64,000 nucleotides of DNA from Solirubrobacterales bacterium (GCA_020438355.1 JAGQUT010000008.1:20683-84682); one strand, 5' to 3'; positions 1 through 9,014 are shown, numbered from the stretch's first letter. The notes: a model not told the origin generated them from the letters alone. Numbers and translations are program-made.

Positions 1-231
1 GCCATTCTCTTTGAGCGATCTTCAAGTGCCAACTTCCAACGACCTGTGATGGGCGAGGAGGTTCGTCGGTCTCGCCACGCAGGAAGCGATACCAGTCACC
101 GCAGTACCTGGCCAACTGTCGGTTAATGCGTGCCCATTTGCGAACGGCCCTCGGAGGAAAATCGGGATAGTCGGCTGCATCGCGGATCCAGGTTCCGGGA
201 TCAGATTCCGGCGGTTGCTCTCTTCCACCGC

Positions 232-507
232 TCATCGAGGGTCTTTTCCCCTGCGTCCGACCAAGACAGCAATCTCGTTAGAGGATTGGCTCATACGCCA
301 TCTTTCCGAAGGCCGAACGAGCCCAGGCGGTTTGGGAGGCGCAGGCCTCAGACCAGCGAGAAACGACCACCATTCATTCAGGTACGCCGCCCCCGCGACG
401 CTGCGCAGCATCTCCCGCCTCGCATTGGCCGGCGGATAGTCGGGGAATTTCGAAGGACTGAGGATCCAGTTCCGCGGATCACGGACGTTCACTTGTGTTG
501 CGCTCAT
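232..507 (-). CDS. hypothetical protein (91 aa); the same frame continues past an in-frame TGA (232-234) into ORF 22..228
   Basis: ATG at 507 sits 3 nt downstream of an SD-like GGAAGGAAG. No family recognised. Many A/T-ending codons compared with neighbouring genes. Confidence 0.25.
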   Translation of the reverse strand: MSATQVNVRDPRNWILSPSKFPDYPPANARREMLRSVAGAAYLNEWWSFLAGLRPAPPKPPGLVRPSERWRMSQSSNEIAVLVGRRGKDPR

Positions 508-655
508 TCGCTTCCTTCCATCGTCTCGGGCTTTCGCACCTTTCCCTTCCGGGGAGGTTGCGGCGGTGTCAAAGGGCCTCGTCCCTCAACCGCTCTTCAT
601 GGACACCGGTGCCTGAGTCGGACCGGGAAGACAAATTCTGACAGCAAGGATCGTC

Positions 656-1759
656 TTACGCAGCAGCGAATCCGATGGTCGGGAGTGTGCTGTGTACCTG
701 ATCCGGTTCAGCCTGGTCGTTGACCAAGGCGTACAGGCTTGCGAGGGTTACGGACCCCGTCACCCTGTGGTTGGATCCGGCCGCACTGAGCCATTCGTTC
801 GCCTGTTCGACCGGGAGCTCTCCGAACTCTGCCTTCTCGAGACAACGGCCGGGTCGTGTCACCGCGGGATGGAGTCGACCGACCGGCTCGTTCGTGGTGA
901 TCAGGACCAACGCATTCAAACCCTGACCGAGGAGACCATCGGTCAGGTTCAGGAGGCGTGACAAGGCCTGGCCGGTCTTCTCTCGCGCGTCGTTTCGAAG
1001 GAGTTCGCCGCTGTCTTCGAGCACGACGAGGTTCCAATCTCGAGACATTCCGTACCCGGGATCTCGACTGGTGAGCACATCCATCGCGTACTGGCTTGAC
1101 TCCAGGAACTTTTCCGGGTCGGTCACCAGATGGCAGGCACACCAATCCTGCCAATGCCTCGCGAGCGCCTTGATCGCATGGGTCTTTCCGGTACCGGGAG
1201 GACCGAACCAAAGGATGAGCCGTCCCCCTTCGGGCTCGTTCATCTCAATCAGCCGACCCATGCTTGAGGCCGCCTCCTGACTGTACCCGGACCTCAGATC
1301 GGTCCATTCGGGACATTCAATCTTTCGATGGGCCCGGCCCCCTCCACCATCTGATTCCGACCAGAAGGTGACCGGCACCTCACGGGGGTCCCTCTCCGGA
1401 GGCTTGAACATCTCCGCGAACCTGTCTTTGACCCCGTCGGCCTCGCCTTCGGTCATGGCCGCCACCACGATGTCCACGGTGCCCCGACCGATGAACACCC
1501 TTGCGACTGACTTCTCAGGGGTCAGAACCACTCGCTCGTGCACGAATTCAGAGCTGCGGGACCAAACGGTGGTCCCAAGGCCATCAAGAATGTCTCGGTC
1601 TCCCAGTTCCCCTGACTGGCTCAGGAACACCACTGCCCGGAGTCCGAGCTTCTCGGACTCCCGAGTAAAGACCGCCTGCGCCAGGCCCTGATCGCCCCTG
1701 ACTTCGAGAACCGCCCCGACAAGGCTCGCGCCCTCCGACTTCCTGTTCACATCCGACAT
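656..1759 (-). CDS. AAA+ family ATPase with an uncharacterised N-terminal domain of about 170 aa
   Basis: Walker A GPPGTGKTH, Walker B LVVLEDSG and sensor region ITTNEP...RPGR are present. I prefer the ATG at 1759 (MSDVNRK, AAAGG 7 nt upstream) over the TTG at 1834 used by the ORF track. Confidence 0.8.
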   Translation of the reverse strand: MSDVNRKSEGASLVGAVLEVRGDQGLAQAVFTRESEKLGLRAVVFLSQSGELGDRDILDGLGTTVWSRSSEFVHERVVLTPEKSVARVFIGRGTVDIVVAAMTEGEADGVKDRFAEMFKPPERDPREVPVTFWSESDGGGGRAHRKIECPEWTDLRSGYSQEAASSMGRLIEMNEPEGGRLILWFGPPGTGKTHAIKALARHWQDWCACHLVTDPEKFLESSQYAMDVLTSRDPGYGMSRDWNLVVLEDSGELLRNDAREKTGQALSRLLNLTDGLLGQGLNALVLITTNEPVGRLHPAVTRPGRCLEKAEFGELPVEQANEWLSAAGSNHRVTGSVTLASLYALVNDQAEPDQVHSTLPTIGFAAA

Positions 1760-1943
1760 GAGATTGCCTTTCGTAGATCGCCTTCCGAAAACGCCGGATG
1801 CAGGAGGGTCGGACGCTTCGCTTGCTTCTGACAACCATCGGGTAGGCGACGGATCAGAGATCCAGGCCGTCGCAAGGGCGTGTCAGAACAGGAACGATGG
1901 CTCGACTCTCAGTCTCGATTCGCCGTTCGCGGTAACTCGAGAA

Positions 1944-2570
1944 ATGGGAGATGACATGAACCTGGAAGATGCTGAAGCGCCCGAAAACGCAGCCGAAGGC
2001 TGGAAGCCTGACCCGATGGGTGCCAGCGAACTGCGGTACTGGGACGGGACCGCCTGGACCGATCGGATTGGCTCCCGGCAGCCCAGCGATGGCGCTGGGC
2101 AGACAAATTCGGGGTACACGGCGCCCACCAAGGTTTGTCCTCATTGCGGCGCGAGCGCCCAGACCACAAGCAAGAAGTGCCCGAACTGCGGCAAGGGGTA
2201 CAAGAAGCGCACCGCTCTGAAGGTCTTTGTCGCTATCTGTGTGGCCGGTTTGATCTTCGTGGTCGGGTGCACGGCTCTCCTCGCTGGCGGCGTTAACGAA
2301 GCGGTAAACGAACTTGACGCCGAGCAGGAGAAGCACGCGATCACCCGTGCCCAGTTTCAGGCCCTTGAGATCGGCATGACCCAGCAGGAAGTCATCGACA
2401 GCACCGGGAAGACACCCGAGGACCGTCAGAACTTCGAGACCGAGGGAATCCTTAGCAAGGAACCCGAGAAGTCGAGCTGCATCTATTACAACCGGGCAGA
2501 CGGGGAGTTCCTCGACAGCTACCAGCTCTGCTTTGACAACGGAGAGCTCACTTCGAAGAACGCCTGGTAG
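1944..2570 (+). CDS. membrane-anchored protein with a DUF2510-like W-rich motif, a zinc ribbon, one TM segment and a small C-terminal globular domain
   Basis: Motifs seen: ELRYWDGTAWTDRI (DUF2510-type), CPHCG...CPNCG zinc ribbon and the hydrophobic stretch VFVAICVAGLIFVVGCTALLAGG. Start moved to ATG 1944 so the gene does not overlap the divergent AAA gene. Confidence 0.7.
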   Translation: MGDDMNLEDAEAPENAAEGWKPDPMGASELRYWDGTAWTDRIGSRQPSDGAGQTNSGYTAPTKVCPHCGASAQTTSKKCPNCGKGYKKRTALKVFVAICVAGLIFVVGCTALLAGGVNEAVNELDAEQEKHAITRAQFQALEIGMTQQEVIDSTGKTPEDRQNFETEGILSKEPEKSSCIYYNRADGEFLDSYQLCFDNGELTSKNAW

Positions 2571-2589
2571 CCCGGCGGGGCGAGCAGGG

Positions 2590-2628
2590 CCGGGCGGGAA
2601 CGAACAGATGTCTCTTGTTCCCGCCCGG
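2590..2628 (+). terminator. GC-rich hairpin downstream of the DUF2510 gene
   Basis: ccgggcgggaac (2590-2601) pairs with gttcccgcccgg (2617-2628). Only TT follows, so the U-tract is weak. Confidence 0.4.
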
Positions 2629-2647
2629 TTAGGCTGGCGCGAGGCCC

Positions 2648-3082
2648 ATGACCTTTGTGCTTCTGGCAAATGTGGCGGCGACCTTGTTCATGACCGGGCT
2701 TACCTGGTTTGTTCAAGTGGTTCACTACCCGCTCTTTCCGCTGGTGGGCGGGGACGGGTTTTCCGAGTATCACCAGCGGCACTCCAACCGGACCACCTGG
2801 GTCGTTCTGCCGCCGATGCTGGTCGAACTGATCACCTCCTTCGTGCTGCTGAATGATCCGCCGGGCGACGAGCTCGGGCTGGCTGTGGCCGGTGCCGTGC
2901 TTGCGGCGGCAACATGGGCCCTGACCGCCGTCGGTGCTGCTCCGGCGCACGGTCGCATCGGCCGGGAGGGACTCAACCCGGAGCTTCAGCGTCGGCTGAT
3001 CCGGATCAGTTGGGTCAGGACGGTCACCTGGACCGCCCATGCCGGTGTGGTGATCGCGCTGCTCTCGGTCGCGATCGACTGA
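2648..3082 (+). CDS. small integral membrane protein (about 4 TM segments, possibly DUF1772-like)
   Basis: 144-aa hydrophobic ORF with strong GC3 bias and the motif VQVVHYPLFPLVG. The family assignment is tentative. Confidence 0.55.
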   Translation: MTFVLLANVAATLFMTGLTWFVQVVHYPLFPLVGGDGFSEYHQRHSNRTTWVVLPPMLVELITSFVLLNDPPGDELGLAVAGAVLAAATWALTAVGAAPAHGRIGREGLNPELQRRLIRISWVRTVTWTAHAGVVIALLSVAID

Positions 3083-3084
3083 GC

Positions 3085-3107
3085 GGAAGCCTGGCGCTCA
3101 GGCTTCC
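3085..3107. terminator. hairpin between convergent genes, possibly a bidirectional terminator
   Basis: ggaagcctg (3085-3093) pairs with caggcttcc (3099-3107). The hairpin overlaps the stop codon of the minus-strand gene. Confidence 0.35.
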
Positions 3108-3658
3108 TGCGAGAGGCGGTACTGGATCTCGATCTCCCGGCGGATCTCCTTGCGGAGCCGGTCCTCGAGGGCCTGCTTCTTGCCTGTTTCCTTGTTCCGG
3201 CTCTTCTGGGCCTTGACCAGCTTCGAGTGAAGCTTGTCGGGAAAACCTTCGATGACCTCGAGGCCGACACCAAGCTCGCTTGCGGCCTCCTTGATCCAGC
3301 CGGTGATCGAATCGCGGGCCTTCTCGTCAACGAAGAAGATTTCGCAGCGGGCCTTTTCGCGGCCGGGCTGGGACCTGATTGCGGCGAATCTGAGGATGTC
3401 CTCGGTCACCTTCGGCAGATCGACGCTTTCCATCTTGCCGACATGGGCGTTGATCTCGACCATCCGGCTCCCGGTCGAATTGACCCCGTCAAGCGGGTAC
3501 TCGAAGTCCCCGAAATCGACCGTCTTCCTTTCCAGGCTCTTGTAGCCGGGCTTCTCGCGAAGGATCTCGATTGCCTGCTCGACCGACTTGAGCTGGAGCT
3601 CTGAAAGGGTCAGGTTATGCTTCTTGCTCTTCGACTTCGACTTTTTCTTCTTGCCCAT
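3098..3658 (-). CDS. hypothetical Lys-rich protein (186 aa)
   Basis: ORF with host-like codon usage. N-terminus is MGKKKKSKSKSKKH and the C-terminal tail is basic and coiled-coil-like. No family recognised. Confidence 0.6.
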   Translation of the reverse strand: MGKKKKSKSKSKKHNLTLSELQLKSVEQAIEILREKPGYKSLERKTVDFGDFEYPLDGVNSTGSRMVEINAHVGKMESVDLPKVTEDILRFAAIRSQPGREKARCEIFFVDEKARDSITGWIKEAASELGVGLEVIEGFPDKLHSKLVKAQKSRNKETGKKQALEDRLRKEIRREIEIQYRLSQEA

Positions 3659-3714
3659 TTGGCTACAGCCTAGTCGGCGCGGAAATCAGAGTGGTGAACC
3701 CTTAGGCTGCCGGA

Positions 3715-5004
3715 ATGGAATCGGGGGAGGAACGAAAACGTTCGGCGTGGTTCGGCACCCTGGGTGCAGCGATGGAGTGGTACGACTTCACGCTCTACGT
3801 CTATCTGGCCCCTGTCATTTCGGGCCTCTTCTTCCCCTCTGACAACTCGCTTGATTCGCTGCTCGCAACCTTCGGGGTTTTCGCCGCCGGCTACCTGATG
3901 CGTCCGCTGGGAGCGGCGATCCTCGGCAACATCGGTGACACCAGAGGCCGTAAGTTTGCCCTCGGTCTCTCGATAAGCCTGATGGCCGTCGGCATGCTGC
4001 TGATCGGACTCCTGCCGACCGAGAGTTCGATCGGTGTACTCGCCCCGATCCTGCTGGTTCTGGTTCGACTCGCCCAGGGGTTCTCGCTAGGTGGCGAGTT
4101 CAGCGGATCGATCGTGCTCCTGGCAGAGAGCGCGAAGCCGCGACGCCGAGGCTTCACCACCAACCTCGTCCAGATCTCGACAGGCATCGGGTTCCTACTC
4201 AGCTCGGCCACCGTGGCGATCCTGCATGCCCTGCTCACCGACCAGCAGATGGACACCTGGGGCTGGAGGCTCCCGTTCTTCATCGGGGCCGGAATCGGCG
4301 CGATCGCTCTATACCTGCTGAAGACCCGGGTCGAACTCGACGATGACGAGGAGAACGAGAAGCGGCCCGACGTTCCCCTGAAGACCCTCTTCGAGAAGGA
4401 ACGCAAGCCGCTGACGATCAATTTTCTCCTGAACGGCCAGCAGGCACTCATCTACTACGTGGTTGCCACCTTCATCCCGACCTTCGTGACCTCGATACTC
4501 GGCGGACCGCCCCAGGAAGGTCTGTTCGCCTCGGCGATCGCGGCAATCGCATTCATGGCCCTCTGCCCGCCTGCGGGTGCGATCAGCGACCGCTACGGTC
4601 GCCGCCCGATCCTGGCAGTGGGTGCCATCGGGATGGCCATCGCGGCGATCCCGCTGTTCGCCCTGATCACCAAGATTTCCTTGCCAGCGGTGATGGGTGG
4701 GCAGCTCGGACTAATGGTGATGGTCGTGATCTTCACCGCCCCCGCTCTTGTGATCGCCACTGAACTCTTCTCGAAACCGACCAGGTACAGCGGTGTGGCG
4801 GTCGGCTACAACCTCGGGGCGACGATCTTCGGTGGCACCGCCCCGCTGCTCTGCACCGCCCTGATCTCGATCACCGACTGGAACCTGGCTCCCGGGCTGC
4901 TGCTTACGATCACTTCCCTGCTGATTCTCATCGTGATCGCGATCTCACCGGAGACAGCCCCGGTAAAGACAGGGCGGGACGAGTTGGCCGGCCCGCCAGG
5001 TTGA
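3715..5004 (+). CDS. MFS transporter, metabolite:H+ symporter (ProP/MHS-like) type
   Basis: N-terminal motif GAAMEWYDFTLYVYLAPVISGLFF, GDTRGRK loop, and about 12 hydrophobic segments. Confidence 0.85.
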   Translation: MESGEERKRSAWFGTLGAAMEWYDFTLYVYLAPVISGLFFPSDNSLDSLLATFGVFAAGYLMRPLGAAILGNIGDTRGRKFALGLSISLMAVGMLLIGLLPTESSIGVLAPILLVLVRLAQGFSLGGEFSGSIVLLAESAKPRRRGFTTNLVQISTGIGFLLSSATVAILHALLTDQQMDTWGWRLPFFIGAGIGAIALYLLKTRVELDDDEENEKRPDVPLKTLFEKERKPLTINFLLNGQQALIYYVVATFIPTFVTSILGGPPQEGLFASAIAAIAFMALCPPAGAISDRYGRRPILAVGAIGMAIAAIPLFALITKISLPAVMGGQLGLMVMVVIFTAPALVIATELFSKPTRYSGVAVGYNLGATIFGGTAPLLCTALISITDWNLAPGLLLTITSLLILIVIAISPETAPVKTGRDELAGPPG

Positions 5005-5017
5005 GCAGTCCTCTCTC

Positions 5018-6298
5018 CTAGCCGGTCTTGAGCAACTTTTCGCTCTCCCCGTCACCCGAGCCGACCTTGATCAGCAGGGCACCCTCGCCGGAGACGTAGG
5101 CCTCCTCCCCGTGCTGGACGACGTCCATGCCAACCGCCTCTTCGCGGCCGCTCGCCCGGAGCGGCGCGGCAAGGCTGAGCAGTTTGAGGATCAAGAAAGT
5201 CGAAACGAAGGCATATGCCGGAGCGACCAGCACGGCCAGCAACTGATGCCCGAGCTGGGCCGCGTTGCCGTAGAGCAGACCGTCGGAGATCCCGTTCCAG
5301 CTCTCCTGGGCGAAGAAGCCGATGAAGATGATGCCCACGATGCCCGCGACGCCATGGGCTCCGAGGACATCGAGGGTTTCGTCAACTCTCGTTCGCGGTC
5401 GCCAGACGATGATCAGGTAGCTGGGAATCGCGGCGATCGTGCCAAGGACCATCGCCCAGATCGGACTGATGTAACCCGCGGCGGGCGTAATCGCAACGCA
5501 GCCGACGATGACCGCCGTGGCTGCGCCTACTGCGGTGACCTTGCCACCACGCAGGAGGTCAAGCACGAACCAGGCGACCAGCGTGCAGGCGGGCGCCAGA
5601 AGCGTGTTGGTGAACGCCAGAACGCCGATCTCCCCGGCGGCGAACCCGCTGCCACCGTTGAACCCGAACCAGCCGAACCAAAGCAGACCCGCTCCCAGCA
5701 GGACGAAAACCGAGTTGTGCGGGAGTAGCGCCTGCCGGCCGTAGTCCTTCCGGGCACCGATCAGGAGTGCCGCGGCGAGGGCCGAGAAACCGGATGCCAT
5801 CTCGACCGAGATTCCGCCGGCGAAGTCGAGGGTTCCCGCGGTGGCGAGGAAGCCGCCCCCGAAAGCCCAATGGGCCATCACCGGATAGACCAGGGTGCTC
5901 CAGAGGGCGATGAAGATCAGGTAGGGGCCGAAGCGGATCCGCTCGACGACTGCGCCAGAAACGAGGGCGGCGGTAAGGATGCAGAAGCTGCCCTGGAAGG
6001 CCATGAAGAGAAGCTCGGGGATAGCGGTGCCGTCCCGCGGCTCGTATCCGACCCCGTTCAGAAAGGCGAGGTCCAGATTTCCGATGAAGCCCCCTTCACC
6101 ACCGCTGAAGGCGATTGAATACCCGACGAAGGCCCAGCAGATGGTCGCGACCCCGAGGGCCGCGATGCTCATCATGAAGGTGTTGAGGGTGTTCTTGGAA
6201 CGGACGAGGCCCGCGTAGAAGAGGCCGAGCGCCGGGGTCATCATCAGGACCAGCGCCGTCGCCATCAACATCCAGGCGGTATCTCCAGTGTCGATCAT
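5018..6298 (-). CDS. amt: ammonium transporter (Amt family)
   Basis: N-terminus DTAWMLMATALVLMMTPALGLFYAGLVRSKN and the conserved motifs FAGGISVEMASG and LDVLGAHGVAGIVG. Lies immediately downstream of a P-II gene. Confidence 0.95.
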   Translation of the reverse strand: MIDTGDTAWMLMATALVLMMTPALGLFYAGLVRSKNTLNTFMMSIAALGVATICWAFVGYSIAFSGGEGGFIGNLDLAFLNGVGYEPRDGTAIPELLFMAFQGSFCILTAALVSGAVVERIRFGPYLIFIALWSTLVYPVMAHWAFGGGFLATAGTLDFAGGISVEMASGFSALAAALLIGARKDYGRQALLPHNSVFVLLGAGLLWFGWFGFNGGSGFAAGEIGVLAFTNTLLAPACTLVAWFVLDLLRGGKVTAVGAATAVIVGCVAITPAAGYISPIWAMVLGTIAAIPSYLIIVWRPRTRVDETLDVLGAHGVAGIVGIIFIGFFAQESWNGISDGLLYGNAAQLGHQLLAVLVAPAYAFVSTFLILKLLSLAAPLRASGREEAVGMDVVQHGEEAYVSGEGALLIKVGSGDGESEKLLKTG

Positions 6299-6307
6299 GA
6301 TCGGGCC

Positions 6308-6661
6308 TCAGGACTTGACCGGCGTCACGGCCTGGTCATCTTTCTCGCCGGTCCGGACCCGGACCACCGAATCGAGTGAGAGGACGAAGATCTTTCCGTC
6401 ACCGACTTCACCGGTCCGGCCTCCTTCGCTCAGGGCCTGGACCGTCGTGTCGACGTACTCCTCGGAGACCGCGATCTCGAACCGGATCTTCTCTGAAAGA
6501 CCCATCTGGACCGTGGTCCCGCGGTATGTCTCCACCCGCTGGAGCTCCCCTCCGTGCCCCTGGACCTTGCTCATTGAAAGACCACGTATTCCCGCACGGA
6601 ACAACGCTTCGAGAACATCGTTCGCCATTTCCGGCCTGACGATGCCGATGACCAACTTCAT
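6308..6661 (-). CDS. glnK: nitrogen regulatory protein P-II
   Basis: MKLVIGIVRPE...VQGHGGE...YRG T-loop and C-terminal GDGKIFV motif. A 9-nt gap separates it from amt. Confidence 0.95.
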   Translation of the reverse strand: MKLVIGIVRPEMANDVLEALFRAGIRGLSMSKVQGHGGELQRVETYRGTTVQMGLSEKIRFEIAVSEEYVDTTVQALSEGGRTGEVGDGKIFVLSLDSVVRVRTGEKDDQAVTPVKS

Positions 6662-6774
6662 TGGGTTCTCCCCCTCGGGTTACAGACTGGACGCGGACGG
6701 ACGTACCGGCACCAGAATAGGTCCGCCCTCGGACCCCAACCGGTTCTCAGGAGGTCAGGAGACGGCCGGGCTCC

Positions 6775-7158
6775 CTAGCCGTCGAGCTGGGCCTTCCATT
6801 CGCCGTCCTCCTTGATGAAGCTGATCTGTCCGTCCCTGCCTTCGGCTGTCGCGGTGTCACCGTCAACCTGGATGTCCGAAAGGTTGCCGAGTTCCTTCTT
6901 CTGCGATTCGGAAAGTGAACTCAGCCCGGCCTCGACCAGTTCTTCACAGCTGTCGAACTGCTGGAGATCGTTGATTTGCGCCATCGCCTCGGAGCTGAGG
7001 GTGTCGCATGCCGCCGAATAATCCCCGTCCAGAGCTGCCTGTTCGTACTGGTCCGCCAGCGCCTGGATCTGCTCCTCGTCGGAACCCGAATCGCTGCCAC
7101 CACAGCCGGCCACACCGAGCAATGCCACCGCGACTACCGCCACTGCCATCCGTTTCAT
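6775..7158 (-). CDS. small secreted lipoprotein (127 aa)
   Basis: MKRMAVAVVAVALLGVAGCGG lipobox, with GGGGGA SD upstream of ATG 7158. The longer 338-aa ORF extension overlaps the upstream gene and is low-complexity. Confidence 0.6.
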   Translation of the reverse strand: MKRMAVAVVAVALLGVAGCGGSDSGSDEEQIQALADQYEQAALDGDYSAACDTLSSEAMAQINDLQQFDSCEELVEAGLSSLSESQKKELGNLSDIQVDGDTATAEGRDGQISFIKEDGEWKAQLDG

Positions 7159-7211
7159 TTCAGTTCCCCCTTCTCGTTGACCGGATCTCCAGACTAACCG
7201 GAGCCCCAGAC

Positions 7212-8696
7212 CTACTTCACGAATTTGAGCGAGTGGGACTTCTTGAACTGGTTGCCTCCCGAGGGCTTGATCCAGACCTGGACCTTGACCTTGATCTTCT
7301 TCTGGCGCTTGAAGGCCTTGCGACCGGCCTTGGTTACCTTCATCGTGAGATAAGGGTTCTTGCCGGTCGCCTTGTACTTGCGGTAGCCGACCTGTTTGCC
7401 GTTGCTCTTGGCGATCACCTTGATCTGTCCGCAGGCGGTTGAACAGGTCGCCTTGCCGACCTTGGCCGAGCCGTTTCTCAGCTTCGCCTGCTTGTAGAAG
7501 CTCACCTTCTTGACCGCCGGTTTCGGGGCCGCCCCACAGTTCGCGTTGCCACCCTCGGAGGGTCCGGCGTTGCCGCTGTCGGGGAGGACGGTGAGCTGAA
7601 GGGTCGAGACAGAACCGCCGGTTCCCGGCTGGTTGAGGCTGACCGTCACCTTCTTGGATGCGTCGCTGTAGGGGTTTCCGTAGGAATCGGAGTAGCGGTT
7701 GATTACCGCCGCGTACTGCTCGCAGGTCGGGTAGTCCGAAAGTGACTTGCGGGCATCTCCGAAGGCGGGCTTGTTGAAGCCATTCGGGCACCAGCTTCCC
7801 TGGCTGTCCGTGAAGGGGTTCGAACAGAACGAAAGCGCATTGTTGCCGTACTTGCCACCCCAGAGTCCGGTACTGAATCCGGCCAGGAGATCCCGATAGA
7901 TCGCCCCAGAGAGGTTGTTCGGGGTGTTGCCCCCGGTGTAGATGTCGTCGATGATCTGGGATCCGGGGAACTCGAGAGTGGAAGGGGCCGCGCCAGGCGG
8001 GTTCGACTGTCCGCTTAATGAGATCGAGCCGTCCGCCTGGAAGGTGCCCGAGTAGGCGCTGGTCGTGAATGGATTTCCGTAGAAGGGCGTGCGAAGCCAG
8101 ATCTGCTTCCCGGACATTGACTTCACGTACTGGCCGAGCTTCGGGTAGGTGTCACTCTTGTTTGGAGAGAGAACCCTGATTATCTTGCCGTTCGAGTTCC
8201 TGATCGTCGCTCCCGGCCCTCCCGGGATCTTCTGCAGGGCATCGAAGACAGTGTTCGAATTGGCCGAACCGAGGGTCTCGAGTTTCTGGCCTGAACCGTT
8301 GAACGTGGCGAGTCTCATGCCAATGCCGAACTGGTCGACCGCGGTCAGGTTCGCCACATCCGATGAACTCGGAATCACGGTCAGCTCTGCCCAGTCGAAG
8401 CGGGTCGGTGATGTGAATGGGACCGAAAGGTTCACCCCCTTGCCGTAGGAGATGTAAACCCTCCCCGAAACCAGCTTGTTCACGGTGAACTTCTGTCCGG
8501 GGATGCTGGCAAGGGTGACCGGCGAGTTGTTGGGGATGCCGGGCACGTCGTATCCGGTGTCGCTGCCGGCGACCGTGACGAAGACCTTGTCGGCAGGCTG
8601 GCTGCTCTGATTGACGATCTTGAACTCGAGAGCCTGGGCAGTGGCCGGGGAGAAAGCCAGGACCAGGAGTGTTGCCAGCAGGACGAGTCGACGCAT
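7212..8696 (-). CDS. secreted GH64/thaumatin-like (beta-1,3-glucanase-like) protein with a Lys-rich C-terminal domain
   Basis: Signal peptide MRRLVLLATLLVLAFSPATAQA. GH64-like strings SGRVYISYG, RFDWAELT and YAAVINRYS...YGNPYSD. The family was called by eye only. Confidence 0.6.
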   Translation of the reverse strand: MRRLVLLATLLVLAFSPATAQALEFKIVNQSSQPADKVFVTVAGSDTGYDVPGIPNNSPVTLASIPGQKFTVNKLVSGRVYISYGKGVNLSVPFTSPTRFDWAELTVIPSSSDVANLTAVDQFGIGMRLATFNGSGQKLETLGSANSNTVFDALQKIPGGPGATIRNSNGKIIRVLSPNKSDTYPKLGQYVKSMSGKQIWLRTPFYGNPFTTSAYSGTFQADGSISLSGQSNPPGAAPSTLEFPGSQIIDDIYTGGNTPNNLSGAIYRDLLAGFSTGLWGGKYGNNALSFCSNPFTDSQGSWCPNGFNKPAFGDARKSLSDYPTCEQYAAVINRYSDSYGNPYSDASKKVTVSLNQPGTGGSVSTLQLTVLPDSGNAGPSEGGNANCGAAPKPAVKKVSFYKQAKLRNGSAKVGKATCSTACGQIKVIAKSNGKQVGYRKYKATGKNPYLTMKVTKAGRKAFKRQKKIKVKVQVWIKPSGGNQFKKSHSLKFVK

Positions 8697-8705
8697 CCGG
8701 CCAGT

Positions 8706-9014
8706 CTAGAACTGCAGCAGGCTGGCTACCGCGCGGGCGACCCTCTCGCCCCGATCGGTCAGGGCGTACTCGGTGTGAGGTGGCCGACCGGGAACCGTGC
8801 GGCGTTCCACGATCCCGGCCGCCTCGAGTTGCTCCAGCCGGTCCGAGAGGGTGGTCGGCGAAACACCCGGCATCGACTGCCGGAACTCGTTGAAGCGGGT
8901 GGCGCCGCTGGAGCAGGCGTAGATCGTGGCCATGGTCCAGCGGCGCTCGAGCACCACCGCCGTCTCCCGCATCTCCACGGGGATCGGCTGGCAGCTGTTA
9001 CATCGGTGCGACAT
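8706..9014 (-). CDS. HxlR-family winged-helix transcriptional regulator
   Basis: CPIPVE...RW...ATRFNEFRQSMPGVSPTTLSDRLEQLEAAGIVERR. ATG 9014 overlaps the lon 3' end by 17 nt. Confidence 0.8.
   Translation of the reverse strand: MSHRCNSCQPIPVEMRETAVVLERRWTMATIYACSSGATRFNEFRQSMPGVSPTTLSDRLEQLEAAGIVERRTVPGRPPHTEYALTDRGERVARAVASLLQF

Noticed and set aside
232-234. In-frame TGA as a possible selenocysteine or programmed read-through site.
   Set aside because: No convincing SECIS-like hairpin follows at the right distance. The surrounding ORF has no recognisable family and weak coding signal.
130-723. 197-aa plus-strand ORF at the window start.
   Set aside because: Its translation is Arg/Pro/Ser-rich and nonsensical. 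It overlaps the 3' end of the AAA ATPase gene on the other strand.
6662-6774. GlnR-type box (gTnAc-n6-GaAAc) upstream of glnK.
   Set aside because: Only a loose GTAAC...GAGAAC with the wrong spacing is present, and it is immediately adjacent to the SD. That is not enough to support a call.
7159-7791. N-terminal extension of the 338-aa ORF 6775..7791.
   Set aside because: The extension is Gln/Arg/Gly-rich low complexity and lies antisense-free but inside the GH64-like gene's 3' region. A proper SD, ATG and lipoprotein signal peptide begin at 7158.
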